Assembly (NCBI RefSeq): GCF_028368995.1
Contig: NZ_JAQNDL010000003.1
Span: forward strand, 2,624,001-2,688,000
DNA: 64,000 bases
Reading direction: 5' to 3'
Source of the DNA: Nannocystis bainbridge
Lineage (GTDB): Bacteria; Myxococcota_A; Polyangia; Nannocystales; Nannocystaceae
The notes beneath the pieces were generated by a model. The model was not told the origin of the DNA. It made no database searches and saw nothing but the letters and a program-made list of their open reading frames with translations. A program made the position numbers and the translations under genes. Positions 25,223 through 37,158 of the stretch are shown here, piece by piece (position 1 is the first letter of the stretch; the number at the start of each line of letters is the position of its first letter).

Positions 25223-26407
25223 TCAGGTGAGGCGGAGCGAGCCGGTCGGCGAGCGAGCCCCGGGCGGCACGCTGGCGACGCGGTCCGAGTAGCGGCGTTG
25301 CGGACGCAGCGCCACCAGCACCCGCGCATCGGGCGACGGCGTGTCCTGCCCCGGCGCGAGCACCCCGAGCTGCTGCAAAGCCTCGCGCTGGATCAGCACC
25401 TGCGTCGGCGGCGAGCCAGGCGGCGTGTCGCTGGCGAACACGGCCTGCGCCGGGGTCCAGACCGCACGGAAGTGCGGCGCGCGGCCCTGGACCACGGCGA
25501 CGATGCCGGGCTGAGCCGACGCGTCGGGCTCGCCGACCACCGGCGCGTAGCCCTGCGTGTCGCGGACGATCGTCACCTGGTCGGTGTCGGCCTCGTAGTG
25601 CGGGCCGCCGTCGAACGGGTCGACGCGGCCGCTGTACTGGAAGCCGATGCTCTCGAGCAGCCGCTTGGCTCCGACAGTGTTGGGGCCGACCTGACCGACG
25701 ATGTCCTGCACGCCCTCGGGCAGCAAGCACGCGTGGATCGGCATGGTCGGGAACAGCCGCCAGATGAACTCTTTGTTGAAGCGGCTCAGGCGGTCGGCCT
25801 CGTGATAGGTGAGGCCGGTGAACTTGTGGCCGAGCGCGTCCCACAGCGGCGAGCGCGTGGTGCCACCTGGCCCTTGGACCAGGGGCGGCAGCAGCTCGGC
25901 GAGCAGGCGATCGCGGAACCACCCGCGGTGGCTCGAGATGAACACGAAGCGCGCCAGCGACAGCAGGCGGCCGAGCTTCTCCGGGTGGTGGCGCAGCTCG
26001 GGGCGCAGCACCAGGCCGCCGAGCTCGGTCGGACCGTCGTAGGTCTGGCCGAGGTACAGCATCGTGTGCGTCATGTGGACGTCGTGCACCTCGGAGTTCG
26101 GGGTGACGCGGAGGTCGGCGTAGCGCTCCTCGTGCATGACGCGGAAGAACACGTGCGGCTCGTCGGTGTCGCCGTGCTGGGCGTGGATCATCGAAGTGCC
26201 GACGACCTGGCCGTCGTCGCCCTCGAGCACGAACAGGAAGCGGCGGGTCGGGTCGAAGTCGGGGCTGCCGCGGAACGAGGCCAACGAGCGCTGGAGGAGC
26301 TCGTGGATGTAGGGCCGCTCGGGCGGCAGATTGAGGCTGTTGAGGTGGCGCGCGAGCTCGAAGATCGCGTCTTCGTCGCTCATTGCTGCCTCGCGGAACA
26401 GGAACAT
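25223..26407 (-). CDS. astA: Arginine N-succinyltransferase
   Basis: SLNLP, FLFVLE, GPTELGGLVL, GRLLSLARF, SPLWDALG, EAD and VDPFDGGP motifs. Confidence 0.85.
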   Translation of the reverse strand: MFLFREAAMSDEDAIFELARHLNSLNLPPERPYIHELLQRSLASFRGSPDFDPTRRFLFVLEGDDGQVVGTSMIHAQHGDTDEPHVFFRVMHEERYADLRVTPNSEVHDVHMTHTMLYLGQTYDGPTELGGLVLRPELRHHPEKLGRLLSLARFVFISSHRGWFRDRLLAELLPPLVQGPGGTTRSPLWDALGHKFTGLTYHEADRLSRFNKEFIWRLFPTMPIHACLLPEGVQDIVGQVGPNTVGAKRLLESIGFQYSGRVDPFDGGPHYEADTDQVTIVRDTQGYAPVVGEPDASAQPGIVAVVQGRAPHFRAVWTPAQAVFASDTPPGSPPTQVLIQREALQQLGVLAPGQDTPSPDARVLVALRPQRRYSDRVASVPPGARSPTGSLRLT

Positions 26408-26539
26408 CGGGGCACCTTCCAGGGCTCGATCGAGCGCGTCCGATGCCGCTCCGAATCGCCGCTGGCCGCCTCTAGTGTGGCACCGGGGCACGCACGCGGG
26501 CGCTCGCAGTGCGAGCCCTCACTGCGTCCGGCACTCACA

Positions 26540-27580
26540 TCACGGCTCGCGCAACACCGTGACCTTGTCGCCGACGATCTCGAGCGCCTCGGGGTGTCCG
26601 CCGTAGTAGGCCGCCATGCCGACGTCGATGCACCACACCGCGCCGTCGCAGGCCGTCATCACGCCCTCCTTGTGCACGGTGTGACCGACGACCAGTCGCT
26701 TGGCCGGCACCGCGGCGAGCGTCTCGCGCAGCACCTCGCACTCGGCCGGCTTGGGCTCGAGGCAGTAGCGACGCACCCAGACCGGGCTCTCGTCGTCTTG
26801 CAGGAGCTCGGGGGAGATCTCCCCGTCACCGCGGAGCCAGCGCTGGACCTCGTCGTTGATCGTGTCGAGGCCGCGACGCACGTGCTGCGGCAGCAGGCCG
26901 CCGTGGGTGAACACGGTTTCGCCGATGACGAGCACGACCGGCCGTTGCGCCAGCTTGCGCGCCCACGGCCCGCCGGGCGCGAACGCGAGCCAGCGGCCGC
27001 GCATGGGCTCGGGCACGCGGGCGGCGCGCGGGTCGGCGAGGTCGACGCCGGGCTCGCGCTCGAAGTCGAGGAAGCCGCCCGCGGTCACGTAGCGCAGGTC
27101 GCCGGCCGCGTTCATCAGCTCGTGATTGCCGTTCAACACGTGCAAAGCGCCGCCGGCCTCCCTGGCCTCGCCCTGCAGGCGCTCGAGCAGCTCGAGGATC
27201 TTGCGCTCGCCGTCGCCGCGGTCGAGCTGGTCGCCGGTCTGCACGACCACCAGATCCTTGCCGATCCACCGATCTTGGGGGTCGATCGCCCCGGCCAGCC
27301 GCAGCGCCGCGCGCGTCGCCTCGAAGTCGCCGTGCACGTCGCCGAGCGCGACCAGCCGCGGCGGCGCGGGCAACCGCGTGGTCGTCGGCGCGGCGGCGGG
27401 CGCGGCGGTCGTGGTCGGCGCCGACGGAGCAGCGTTCTCCGCGGTCGCCGCCGGGCGCGATGCCTGCTGCGCGCTCGCGGGTTTACGCGCCGAGTCGCAC
27501 GCCGCGGAGGCCCACGCCCCGACCGCCAGGATCGCCCCGCACAGGGCAGTACGCGTCGCTCGCCGCGGGTCCTCACGCAT
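26540..27580 (-). CDS. Metallophosphoesterase (Shewanella-like phosphatase), probable lipoprotein
   Basis: GDVHG, GDQLDRG, GNHE, HGG, GHT and IDVG motifs; N-terminal SAAC. Confidence 0.88.
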   Translation of the reverse strand: MREDPRRATRTALCGAILAVGAWASAACDSARKPASAQQASRPAATAENAAPSAPTTTAAPAAAPTTTRLPAPPRLVALGDVHGDFEATRAALRLAGAIDPQDRWIGKDLVVVQTGDQLDRGDGERKILELLERLQGEAREAGGALHVLNGNHELMNAAGDLRYVTAGGFLDFEREPGVDLADPRAARVPEPMRGRWLAFAPGGPWARKLAQRPVVLVIGETVFTHGGLLPQHVRRGLDTINDEVQRWLRGDGEISPELLQDDESPVWVRRYCLEPKPAECEVLRETLAAVPAKRLVVGHTVHKEGVMTACDGAVWCIDVGMAAYYGGHPEALEIVGDKVTVLREP

Positions 27581-27652
27581 GGACCGGGAGCCTACCACGA
27601 CGCGCGGATCCGCGGGCCCCGCGGGCGCCGCGATCCGCGGTAACGTCGGACC

Positions 27653-28795
27653 ATGGACAGCGGCGCTCCGCAGCAGCACGGCGGCCGAATCCTCGTCGTC
27701 GACGACGAAGCGACGATGCGCCGGCTGCTCGAGAAATTGCTGCGCCTGGAGGGCTACGACGTCGCCCTCGCCAGCTCGGGCGAGCAGGCGCTGCAGGAGG
27801 TGTTCGCCCGCGGCGCCGACACCGTGCTGCTCGACATGCGACTGCCCGGCATGAGCGGGCTCGATGTATGTCGCAACATCCGCGCGCACCCGCGGGGCAC
27901 ACACACGCCGATCGTGTTCATCACCGCGGTGAACGACCGCGAGCTGCGCCGCAAGGGCATGGAGGCCGGCGCCGACGATTTCCTCAGCAAGCCGTTCGAC
28001 GAGGTCGAGCTGCTGGCACGGATCCGCAACTGCGTGCGGGTCAAGCGCTACTACGACAACGTCGAGCAGCAGAAGGGCGCGCTGGCGCGGGCCGTCGACG
28101 ACCGCACCGCCGAGCTGGCGACGGTGGTGTCCGAGCTGACGCGCATCCAGAACGAGCTGCGGGCCTCGCACGAGGAGACGATCTATCGCCTGTCGCGCGC
28201 GGCCGAGTTCCGCGACGACGAGACCGGGCAGCACCTGCAGCGCATGAGCTGGTACTGCCACATGATCGGCAGCAAGATCGGCCTGTCCCCCAGTACATGT
28301 GAGCTGCTGCGGATCGCCAGCCCGATGCACGACGTCGGCAAGCTGGGGATCCCCGACCGGATCCTCCTCAAGCCCGGGAGGCTGACGCCGGAGGAGTTCA
28401 CGATCATGAAGACGCACGCGGAGATCGGGTACCGGATCCTCCACGGCTCGACGGCGGCGCCGCTGGAGATGGCGGCGATGATCGCCCACACGCACCACGA
28501 GAAGTGGGACGGCAGCGGCTACCCCCACGGCCTGCGCGGCGAGGACATCCCGCTGGCCGGCCGGATCGCGGCCATCGCCGACGTGTTCGACGCCCTCACC
28601 AGCGCCCGCCCCTACAAGTCGGCCTGGCCGCTCGAGGCGGCGCTCGACCTGCTGCGCAAGAGCGCCGGCTCGCACTTCGACCCGCACCTCGTCCACGTGT
28701 TCCTCGACAACATCGACGAGGTGCTGGCGATCCGCGAGCGCTTCGTCGACGGCACCCCGGCGCCGCACCCCGAGGCGGCCGTCGTGGTCCACTGA
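27653..28795 (+). CDS. Response regulator with HD-GYP phosphodiesterase domain
   Basis: REC domain (VVDD, LLDMRLP, SKP) plus HDVGK, HHEKWDGSGYP and DVFDALTS. Confidence 0.92.
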   Translation: MDSGAPQQHGGRILVVDDEATMRRLLEKLLRLEGYDVALASSGEQALQEVFARGADTVLLDMRLPGMSGLDVCRNIRAHPRGTHTPIVFITAVNDRELRRKGMEAGADDFLSKPFDEVELLARIRNCVRVKRYYDNVEQQKGALARAVDDRTAELATVVSELTRIQNELRASHEETIYRLSRAAEFRDDETGQHLQRMSWYCHMIGSKIGLSPSTCELLRIASPMHDVGKLGIPDRILLKPGRLTPEEFTIMKTHAEIGYRILHGSTAAPLEMAAMIAHTHHEKWDGSGYPHGLRGEDIPLAGRIAAIADVFDALTSARPYKSAWPLEAALDLLRKSAGSHFDPHLVHVFLDNIDEVLAIRERFVDGTPAPHPEAAVVVH

Positions 28796-29031
28796 CTTTT
28801 TTCGTGGGAGGCCGCGGCGCGGCGGCCGGGGCCGTCGCGCGCGCGCCCTGAGCCGGCCGCGGCGAGGGCCCGCGGGAAAGTCGGGGCCCTCGCCAAATTG
28901 TTTGGGCGGTCGGGGGGCACTGACCCTGTGAGCGGCGCCTCCGACGAGCGCGGCGCGAGCAGCGGACGCTCGCGACCTGCGCGCGGCGCGAGGGCCTGCG
29001 TATTCTTTCGTTCAAAAAAGCGAGCGGCATC

Positions 29032-30162
29032 ATGTTTGGTCATTTCGGCGACAATCATCAAAGGCACGGGTATGTACATTGTCGCGGCCTCGCGGCCGCG
29101 GCCGCGGCCCTGGTGCTGCTGGGCTGTCCCGGCGGCGGCGGCGATGGCGAGACCGAAGCGGCCCCGAGTTCGAGCGACGACACCGGCGAGACCGGCGGCA
29201 CCAGCGAGACCGGCGGCCCCGCCGATCCACCCACCAGCACGAGCAGCACCAGCGGCACCGACACTACCTCGCCGGAGACGACGGTCACCGCCACTTCCGT
29301 CGACCCGGGCTCGACGACCGACACCACCGGTGAGCCGCCGGTCGACGCCTGTCACCTGGCCGACGACAACGTCGCCTGCGATCCGCTCGTCGATCGCAGC
29401 GGCGACATCGCCGTCTCGCACGAGCATCTCTATCCCCACGCGACCCTGCTCGCGGCCCCGGACCAGCCGACCGCGCTCGAGGCTTGCGACATCTACGCCC
29501 AGGACTGCCCCGAAGGCCAGAAGTGCACCGTCATCGGCGCCCAGTGGGACGCGCTCGCCTGCGTGCCGCTGACCCAGTTCCCGCGCCAGCGCGGCGAGTT
29601 CTGCGGCACCGAGGACGACGGCGACACCTGCGACGCCGGGCTCCTGTGCCAGTTCGACGCGATGGTCGGCAGCCAGGTCTGCCAGCCGCTGTGCGGCTGC
29701 AGCCAGACCAACCCGACCTGCGGCGAGAACGAGCGCTGCGTCCTCTACAACAGCTGGATCCTGCCCAAGTGCGAGCGCCTGTGCGATCCGCTCGACCTGT
29801 CGACCTGCGGCGCCGGCGAGGTGTGCATCAAGGGCCAGTGGGTCAACGATTTCTTCTGCGAGGTGGACCTCTCGGGCGCCACCGGCGAGTTCGGCGACGC
29901 GTGCGACAAGGGCAACGGCTGCGACCCCGGCTATTCGTGCGAGGCCCCCGAGTACGTGCCCGGCGGCTGCCCCGACGGCGCGATCGCCTGCTGCACGCCC
30001 ATGTGCAATCTCGGCGACCCGCAGTGCCCCGACGGCACCGAGTGCCGCGATTACTTCGGCGGCTTCGGCCTCGCTCCGGCGCAGTGCCTCGATGACGTCG
30101 GCTTCTGCACCGTCGAGGCCATGTCACGGGTCGAGCGGACCGAGCTGCCCTGGACGCGCTGA
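29032..30162 (+). CDS. Cys-rich lipoprotein with Thr stalk
   Basis: Lipobox LLGC; CDIYAQDCPEGQKC and many further Cys motifs typical of myxobacterial surface proteins. Confidence 0.8.
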   Translation: MFGHFGDNHQRHGYVHCRGLAAAAAALVLLGCPGGGGDGETEAAPSSSDDTGETGGTSETGGPADPPTSTSSTSGTDTTSPETTVTATSVDPGSTTDTTGEPPVDACHLADDNVACDPLVDRSGDIAVSHEHLYPHATLLAAPDQPTALEACDIYAQDCPEGQKCTVIGAQWDALACVPLTQFPRQRGEFCGTEDDGDTCDAGLLCQFDAMVGSQVCQPLCGCSQTNPTCGENERCVLYNSWILPKCERLCDPLDLSTCGAGEVCIKGQWVNDFFCEVDLSGATGEFGDACDKGNGCDPGYSCEAPEYVPGGCPDGAIACCTPMCNLGDPQCPDGTECRDYFGGFGLAPAQCLDDVGFCTVEAMSRVERTELPWTR

Positions 30163-30466
30163 GCTCGCGCGATCCGCCGAATCATCACACCACACATTCC
30201 CTCGCCGCGCGCGCTCCCCACCGGGCGCGCGCGCCGCCAGAATGCAACGGCAGACACCCGCCGACGCGGTCAGCAACTGCATTTGCGCCGCGCCCGCCGC
30301 GTTCACGCTCGCGTCCGCGGAGGGCTCGCCGCTGCCACTCGATCGCACCCTCGTCGCCGACCTCGACTTCGAATGTTCATAGCAGTCGCGAACGCAGATT
30401 CGAGGACGGCCTGATTCACAGCACCCGAGCTTCTCTCTATAAAGGGAGTCACCAAGGGGGTTGGGA

Positions 30467-32866
<2,400 letters not shown>

Positions 32867-32872
32867 GCCCGG

Positions 32873-32896
32873 AGCCCGGCGCGTGTCCGCCGGGCT
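32873..32896. terminator. Hairpin between convergent genes
   Basis: AGCCCGGCG-cgtgtc-CGCCGGGCT; no U-tract. Confidence 0.35.
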
Positions 32897-32919
32897 GTCC
32901 TGCGGGACACCTCTGATTC

Positions 32920-32949
32920 GCCCGACATGTCTCAAGCGACATGTCGGGC
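32920..32949. repeat. GACATGTC pair at 14-bp spacing (palindrome)
   Basis: GCCCGACATGTC-tcaagc-GACATGTCGGGC. Confidence 0.85.
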
Positions 32950-32957
32950 TACTCGCA

Positions 32958-33644
32958 TCAGCCGGGCGGCTTGCCCTGGCTTTTGGGAGCTGCCCGATCG
33001 GTCAGCATGCCCTCGCGCAGCATGCGATCGCGGTGGCGACGCATGCGGGCGAACTCGGGCTCGGCGAAGCTGAGCTCCCCGGTCAGCCAGGCGACGCGCG
33101 GGGTCTTGTTCATCAGGCTCTCGTCGTAGCTCGAGTGCGGCAGACCGAAGAAGTGGCCGAGCTCGTGGGCGAGGGTCAGCGCGCCGGCGATCTTTGAGAG
33201 AATGACCCACCGGCGCGCGCGGTCCTGGCGGAAGCGCCAGTGGACGCCGCGGATCTCGCTGCCGGCGACGTCGACGTCGGCGAGGCGACCGACGACGAAC
33301 ACGTGGGCGACGCCGCGGCTGAAGTGCGGATCGCCGAGCGCGTCGCGCTCGCCGCGATCGTCGATCTCGAGGTCGCTCGCCGGCAGCGTCTCGGCGGCGA
33401 CCACCTCGAAGTTGACGTCGATCGTGGCGAAGCGCGCGTTGGCCTCGGCGACCTGCGACGTGACCCACTCGACCGTCTGCACCGCCACGCCGCCGGTGAC
33501 GACCAGGTGGAGGTGGACGCCGAAGCAGCGCTCGACCTCGGCGGCGCAGCGCGGCGTCTGCTGCACGTACGCGGCCAGATCGGGGCCTGCCGGCGGGCTC
33601 GCCAGCATCGCCGCGAACATGGCCGCGAGCAGCATCATCGTCAC
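32958..33644 (-). CDS. Secreted zinc metalloprotease (metzincin-type)
   Basis: HELGHFFGLPH with Met-turn SLM and a signal peptide; the GTG start overlaps the metF stop. Confidence 0.8.
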   Translation of the reverse strand: MTMMLLAAMFAAMLASPPAGPDLAAYVQQTPRCAAEVERCFGVHLHLVVTGGVAVQTVEWVTSQVAEANARFATIDVNFEVVAAETLPASDLEIDDRGERDALGDPHFSRGVAHVFVVGRLADVDVAGSEIRGVHWRFRQDRARRWVILSKIAGALTLAHELGHFFGLPHSSYDESLMNKTPRVAWLTGELSFAEPEFARMRRHRDRMLREGMLTDRAAPKSQGKPPG

Positions 33645-34564
33645 ACCGCCACGTGGGCCAGGCGCAAGATCTCGAAGATCGCGCGGGTCGCCGGCGACTT
33701 GTTCAGCGTGTAGAAGTGAATGCCCGGCACGCCCGGCCGCGGCGGGGTGAACGGCGCCGAGAACGGGTCGCCGACCGGCGGGGTGAGCAGCGCGCGGCAC
33801 TGGTGGGCCGCGTACGAGACGCCCGTCCAGAACACCTCCTGGGGGTCGCCGTCGGTGCCCTGCAGGCGCTGGCGCAGCGGCGCCGGGATGGTCGCGCCGC
33901 ACATCTGCGTGAAGCGCTGGATCTGCTCGTAGTTGGTCACCGGCATCACGCCGGCGAGGATCGGCACGGTGATGCCGGCCTCGGTCGCGCGGCGGACGAA
34001 GTCGTGATAGCTGGCGTTGTCGAAGAACAGCTGGCTGATCAAGAAGTCGACGCCGGCGTCGACCTTGTGCTTGAGCCAGCGGAGATCGCTGGCGCTGCTC
34101 TCGGCCTCGGGGTGGACCTCGGGGTAGCAGGCGGCGCCGACGCAGAACGGGCCGCGCTCGCGGATGAAGGCCACCAGCTCGCTGGCGTGGCGGAGGCCGC
34201 CCTCGGCGGCGACGAACGCGGCCTCGCCCTTGGGCGGGTCGCCGCGCAGGGCGAGGATGTTGCAGATCTCGCGGTCGCCGAGCTGGTCGATGGTGCGGGC
34301 GAGCTCGTCGCGGCTGGCGCCGACGCAGGTCAGGTGGGCCATCGGCTCGATGCCGAGCTCGCGCTTGATGCGGGCGACGATGTCGAGGGTGCGGCTGCGG
34401 GTGCTGCCGCCGGCCCCGTAGGTGACGGACACGAAGTCGGGCGAGAGCGGGGCCAGCTGCTCGAGGCTGCGCCACAGCACGGCCTCGCCTTTTTCGGTCT
34501 TCGGCGGGAAGAACTCGAAGCTGAACACAGGCCGCTTGTGGGCCAGGCGCTCGCGGATCAGCAT
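33641..34564 (-). CDS. metF: 5,10-methylenetetrahydrofolate reductase
   Basis: SFEFFPPK, SVTYGAGG, AHLTC, LALRGDP, YPEVH, SQLFFD and HFYTLN motifs. Confidence 0.95.
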   Translation of the reverse strand: MLIRERLAHKRPVFSFEFFPPKTEKGEAVLWRSLEQLAPLSPDFVSVTYGAGGSTRSRTLDIVARIKRELGIEPMAHLTCVGASRDELARTIDQLGDREICNILALRGDPPKGEAAFVAAEGGLRHASELVAFIRERGPFCVGAACYPEVHPEAESSASDLRWLKHKVDAGVDFLISQLFFDNASYHDFVRRATEAGITVPILAGVMPVTNYEQIQRFTQMCGATIPAPLRQRLQGTDGDPQEVFWTGVSYAAHQCRALLTPPVGDPFSAPFTPPRPGVPGIHFYTLNKSPATRAIFEILRLAHVAV

Positions 34565-34632
34565 GTCCCCGTCCTCGTAGCACGGGCGCTGGGTCCTGGT
34601 CCAGCGGCGCGCGGTTTGGTACATCGGGCCTC

Positions 34633-36195
34633 ATGCGCTGGTTCCAACGCGGCGACATCGACGGGTTCTTCGGCCTCGCGGTCGACAACCTCGTGCAGCT
34701 CCTGCTCATCGACGCGCTGTGTCGCCACGTGCTCGGCTTCTCCGACGCGCTGCTCTACGGCCAGGTGCTGCCCGGCGCCGCGGTCTCGCTGCTGGTCGGC
34801 AACCTCTACTACGCGTGGCAAGCCAGGCGGCTCGGCCAGGCGCTCGGCCGCTCGGACATCTGCGCGCTGCCCTACGGCATCAACACGGTGTCGGTGTTCG
34901 CACATGTCTTTTTGGTCATGTTGCCCGCGAAGCTGGCGGCGACCGCCGCGGGCGCGGCCGACCCGACGACGATCGCGTGGCAGGCCGGGCTGGTGGCGTG
35001 CTTCGGCTCGGGCCTCATCGAATTGAGCGGCGCCTTCGTCGCCGAGCGGCTGCGCAAGGCCACGCCGCGGGCGGCGCTGCTGTCGACGCTGTCGGGCGTG
35101 GCGCTCGGGTTTATCAGCCTCGGATTTTTGTACCGCAGCTTCGCGCGCCCGGTGGTCGGGCTCGTCACGCTCGGCGTGCTGCTGCTGGTGTACTTCGGCC
35201 GGCTCAAGTTCAAGGGCGGGGTCCCGGGCGGGCTCGTCGCCGTCGCTCTCGGCACGCTGATCGCGTGGCTCACCGGCATCGCCCCGGTCGGCGAGGCGCC
35301 CGCGCACGGCCACGGCCTGCAGCTGCCGCTGCCGGTGATCGGGCCGCTGATCGACGCGTTGACGGGCGACATGCTGTGGGCCTACCTGGCGGTGATCGTG
35401 CCGATGGGCGTGTTCAACGTGGTCGGCTCGCTGCAGAACATCGAGGCCGCCGAGGCCGCCGGCGACCCGTTCCCGACCACGCCGTCGCTGGCGATGAACG
35501 GCCTCGGCACCCTCGCCGCGTCGCTGTTCGGCTCGTGCTTCCCGACCACGATCTACATCGGCCACCCCGGCTGGAAGGCCATGGGCGCGCGCGCCGGTTA
35601 CTCGATCCTCAACGGCGTGTTCGCCACGCTCGTGTGCCTCACCGGCACGCTGGCGTACATCGCCTGGGCCGTGCCGATCGAGGCCGGCATGGCGATCATC
35701 CTGTGGATCGGCATCGTCATCACCGCGCAGGCGTTCGAGGCCACGCCGCGAGAGCACGCGCCGGCGGTGGTGATCGGCATCCTGCCAGGGGTCGGCGCCT
35801 GGGGCGCGATGATGGCGAAGGCGGGCCTGCGCGCCGGCGGCGTCGACGGCACGACGAGCGCAATGTCACCCGCGCTGGTGCCGGTGTTCCAGCGCGCCGA
35901 CGTGTGGATCGACGGGGCCTTCGCGCTCGAGCAGGGCTTCATCTTCACCTCGATGTTCCTCGCCGCCGCCACGGTCGCGGTCATCGAGCGCAAGCTCAGG
36001 CACGCCGCGTGGTGGTGCTTCGCCGGCGCCGCGCTGTCGATGCTCGGGTTCATGCACTCCTATGTCTGGACCCCGGCCGACACCGTACTATCCTTGTCAC
36101 CCGCCTGGCCTTTCGTGCAGGGCTACGCCCTGATGGGCCTCGTGTTCCTGGTCGCCCCGTGGGTCACCCGACCCAGCGACGGCCCCGCCCACTGA
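34633..36195 (+). CDS. NCS2/AzgA-like nucleobase permease
   Basis: GDIDGFFGL, ALPYG and PTTIYIGHPGWKAMGARAGY; many TM segments. Confidence 0.88.
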   Translation: MRWFQRGDIDGFFGLAVDNLVQLLLIDALCRHVLGFSDALLYGQVLPGAAVSLLVGNLYYAWQARRLGQALGRSDICALPYGINTVSVFAHVFLVMLPAKLAATAAGAADPTTIAWQAGLVACFGSGLIELSGAFVAERLRKATPRAALLSTLSGVALGFISLGFLYRSFARPVVGLVTLGVLLLVYFGRLKFKGGVPGGLVAVALGTLIAWLTGIAPVGEAPAHGHGLQLPLPVIGPLIDALTGDMLWAYLAVIVPMGVFNVVGSLQNIEAAEAAGDPFPTTPSLAMNGLGTLAASLFGSCFPTTIYIGHPGWKAMGARAGYSILNGVFATLVCLTGTLAYIAWAVPIEAGMAIILWIGIVITAQAFEATPREHAPAVVIGILPGVGAWGAMMAKAGLRAGGVDGTTSAMSPALVPVFQRADVWIDGAFALEQGFIFTSMFLAAATVAVIERKLRHAAWWCFAGAALSMLGFMHSYVWTPADTVLSLSPAWPFVQGYALMGLVFLVAPWVTRPSDGPAH

Positions 36196-36203
36196 GACAC
36201 CTC

Positions 36204-36989
36204 GTGCTGACGATCGCGTCCTGGAACGTCAACGGCCTGCGCGCCCTGGCCCGCAAGCAAGCCCTGTCCCCCTGGCTCGCCAGCGGGCCGACGATCGTCG
36301 GCCTGCAGGAGGTCCGCGCCAGCGCCGACCAGCTCGGCGAGCTGGCCCAGCCCGACGGCTGGCCTTTCGCACATGTCTCTCCAGCCAGGCGCGCGGGCTA
36401 CAGCGGCGTCGCCCTGTTCAGCAAGCTCGCGCCCGACAGCGTCGAGACCGCGCTCGGCCCCAAGTTCGACGTCGAGGGCCGCCTGCAATTGGCGCGCTTC
36501 GGCAAGCTGGTGGTCGCCAACGTGTACTTCCCCAACGGCAACGGCCAGGACCGCAGCAACGACCGCGTGCCGTACAAGCTGTCGTTCTACCGGGCGCTGC
36601 GCAAGCGGCTCGACGCGCTGCGGGCCGAGGGGCTGCGGGTGCTGGTGATGGGCGACTTCAACACGGCCCATCAGGAGATCGATCTGGCCCGCCCGCGCGA
36701 CAATCTGGGCACCAGCGGGTTCCTGCCGGAGGAGCGCGCCGAGCTCGGCCGCTGGCTCAAGCGCGGCTATCACGACACCTTCCGCAAGTTCGAGGCCGGG
36801 CCGGGCCACTATTCGTGGTGGTGTCAGCGCGGCGGCTGCCGCGAGCGCAACGTCGGCTGGCGCATCGACTACGTGCTCGCGTGCGCCGAGGCGCTGCCGT
36901 TCGTCAAAGCGGCGGCGATTCACCCGAGCGTGCTCGGCTCGGATCATTGCCCCGTCAGCGTCACCGTCGATCCCGACATCGTCCGTTGA
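36204..36989 (+). CDS. xth: Exodeoxyribonuclease III (AP endonuclease)
   Basis: SWNVNG, LQE, GYSGVA, YFPNG, GDFN, GWRIDY and GSDHCP motifs. Confidence 0.95.
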   Translation: MLTIASWNVNGLRALARKQALSPWLASGPTIVGLQEVRASADQLGELAQPDGWPFAHVSPARRAGYSGVALFSKLAPDSVETALGPKFDVEGRLQLARFGKLVVANVYFPNGNGQDRSNDRVPYKLSFYRALRKRLDALRAEGLRVLVMGDFNTAHQEIDLARPRDNLGTSGFLPEERAELGRWLKRGYHDTFRKFEAGPGHYSWWCQRGGCRERNVGWRIDYVLACAEALPFVKAAAIHPSVLGSDHCPVSVTVDPDIVR

Positions 36990-37158
36990 CGCGCGACGCT
37001 GGGGGCGCGGGCCCAGCAGCGGCAGCACAGCCTCGCTGTGGACCCGGTGGCGCGCGCGATGGTTTCGCCGCCTGCACGGTCTAGCCTGCCGCTGCGGTGC
37101 CCCGGGCGGCGCCAGAATGCCGCTGACAACCGCGGCGACGCGAAGTATGGTGCCGCCC

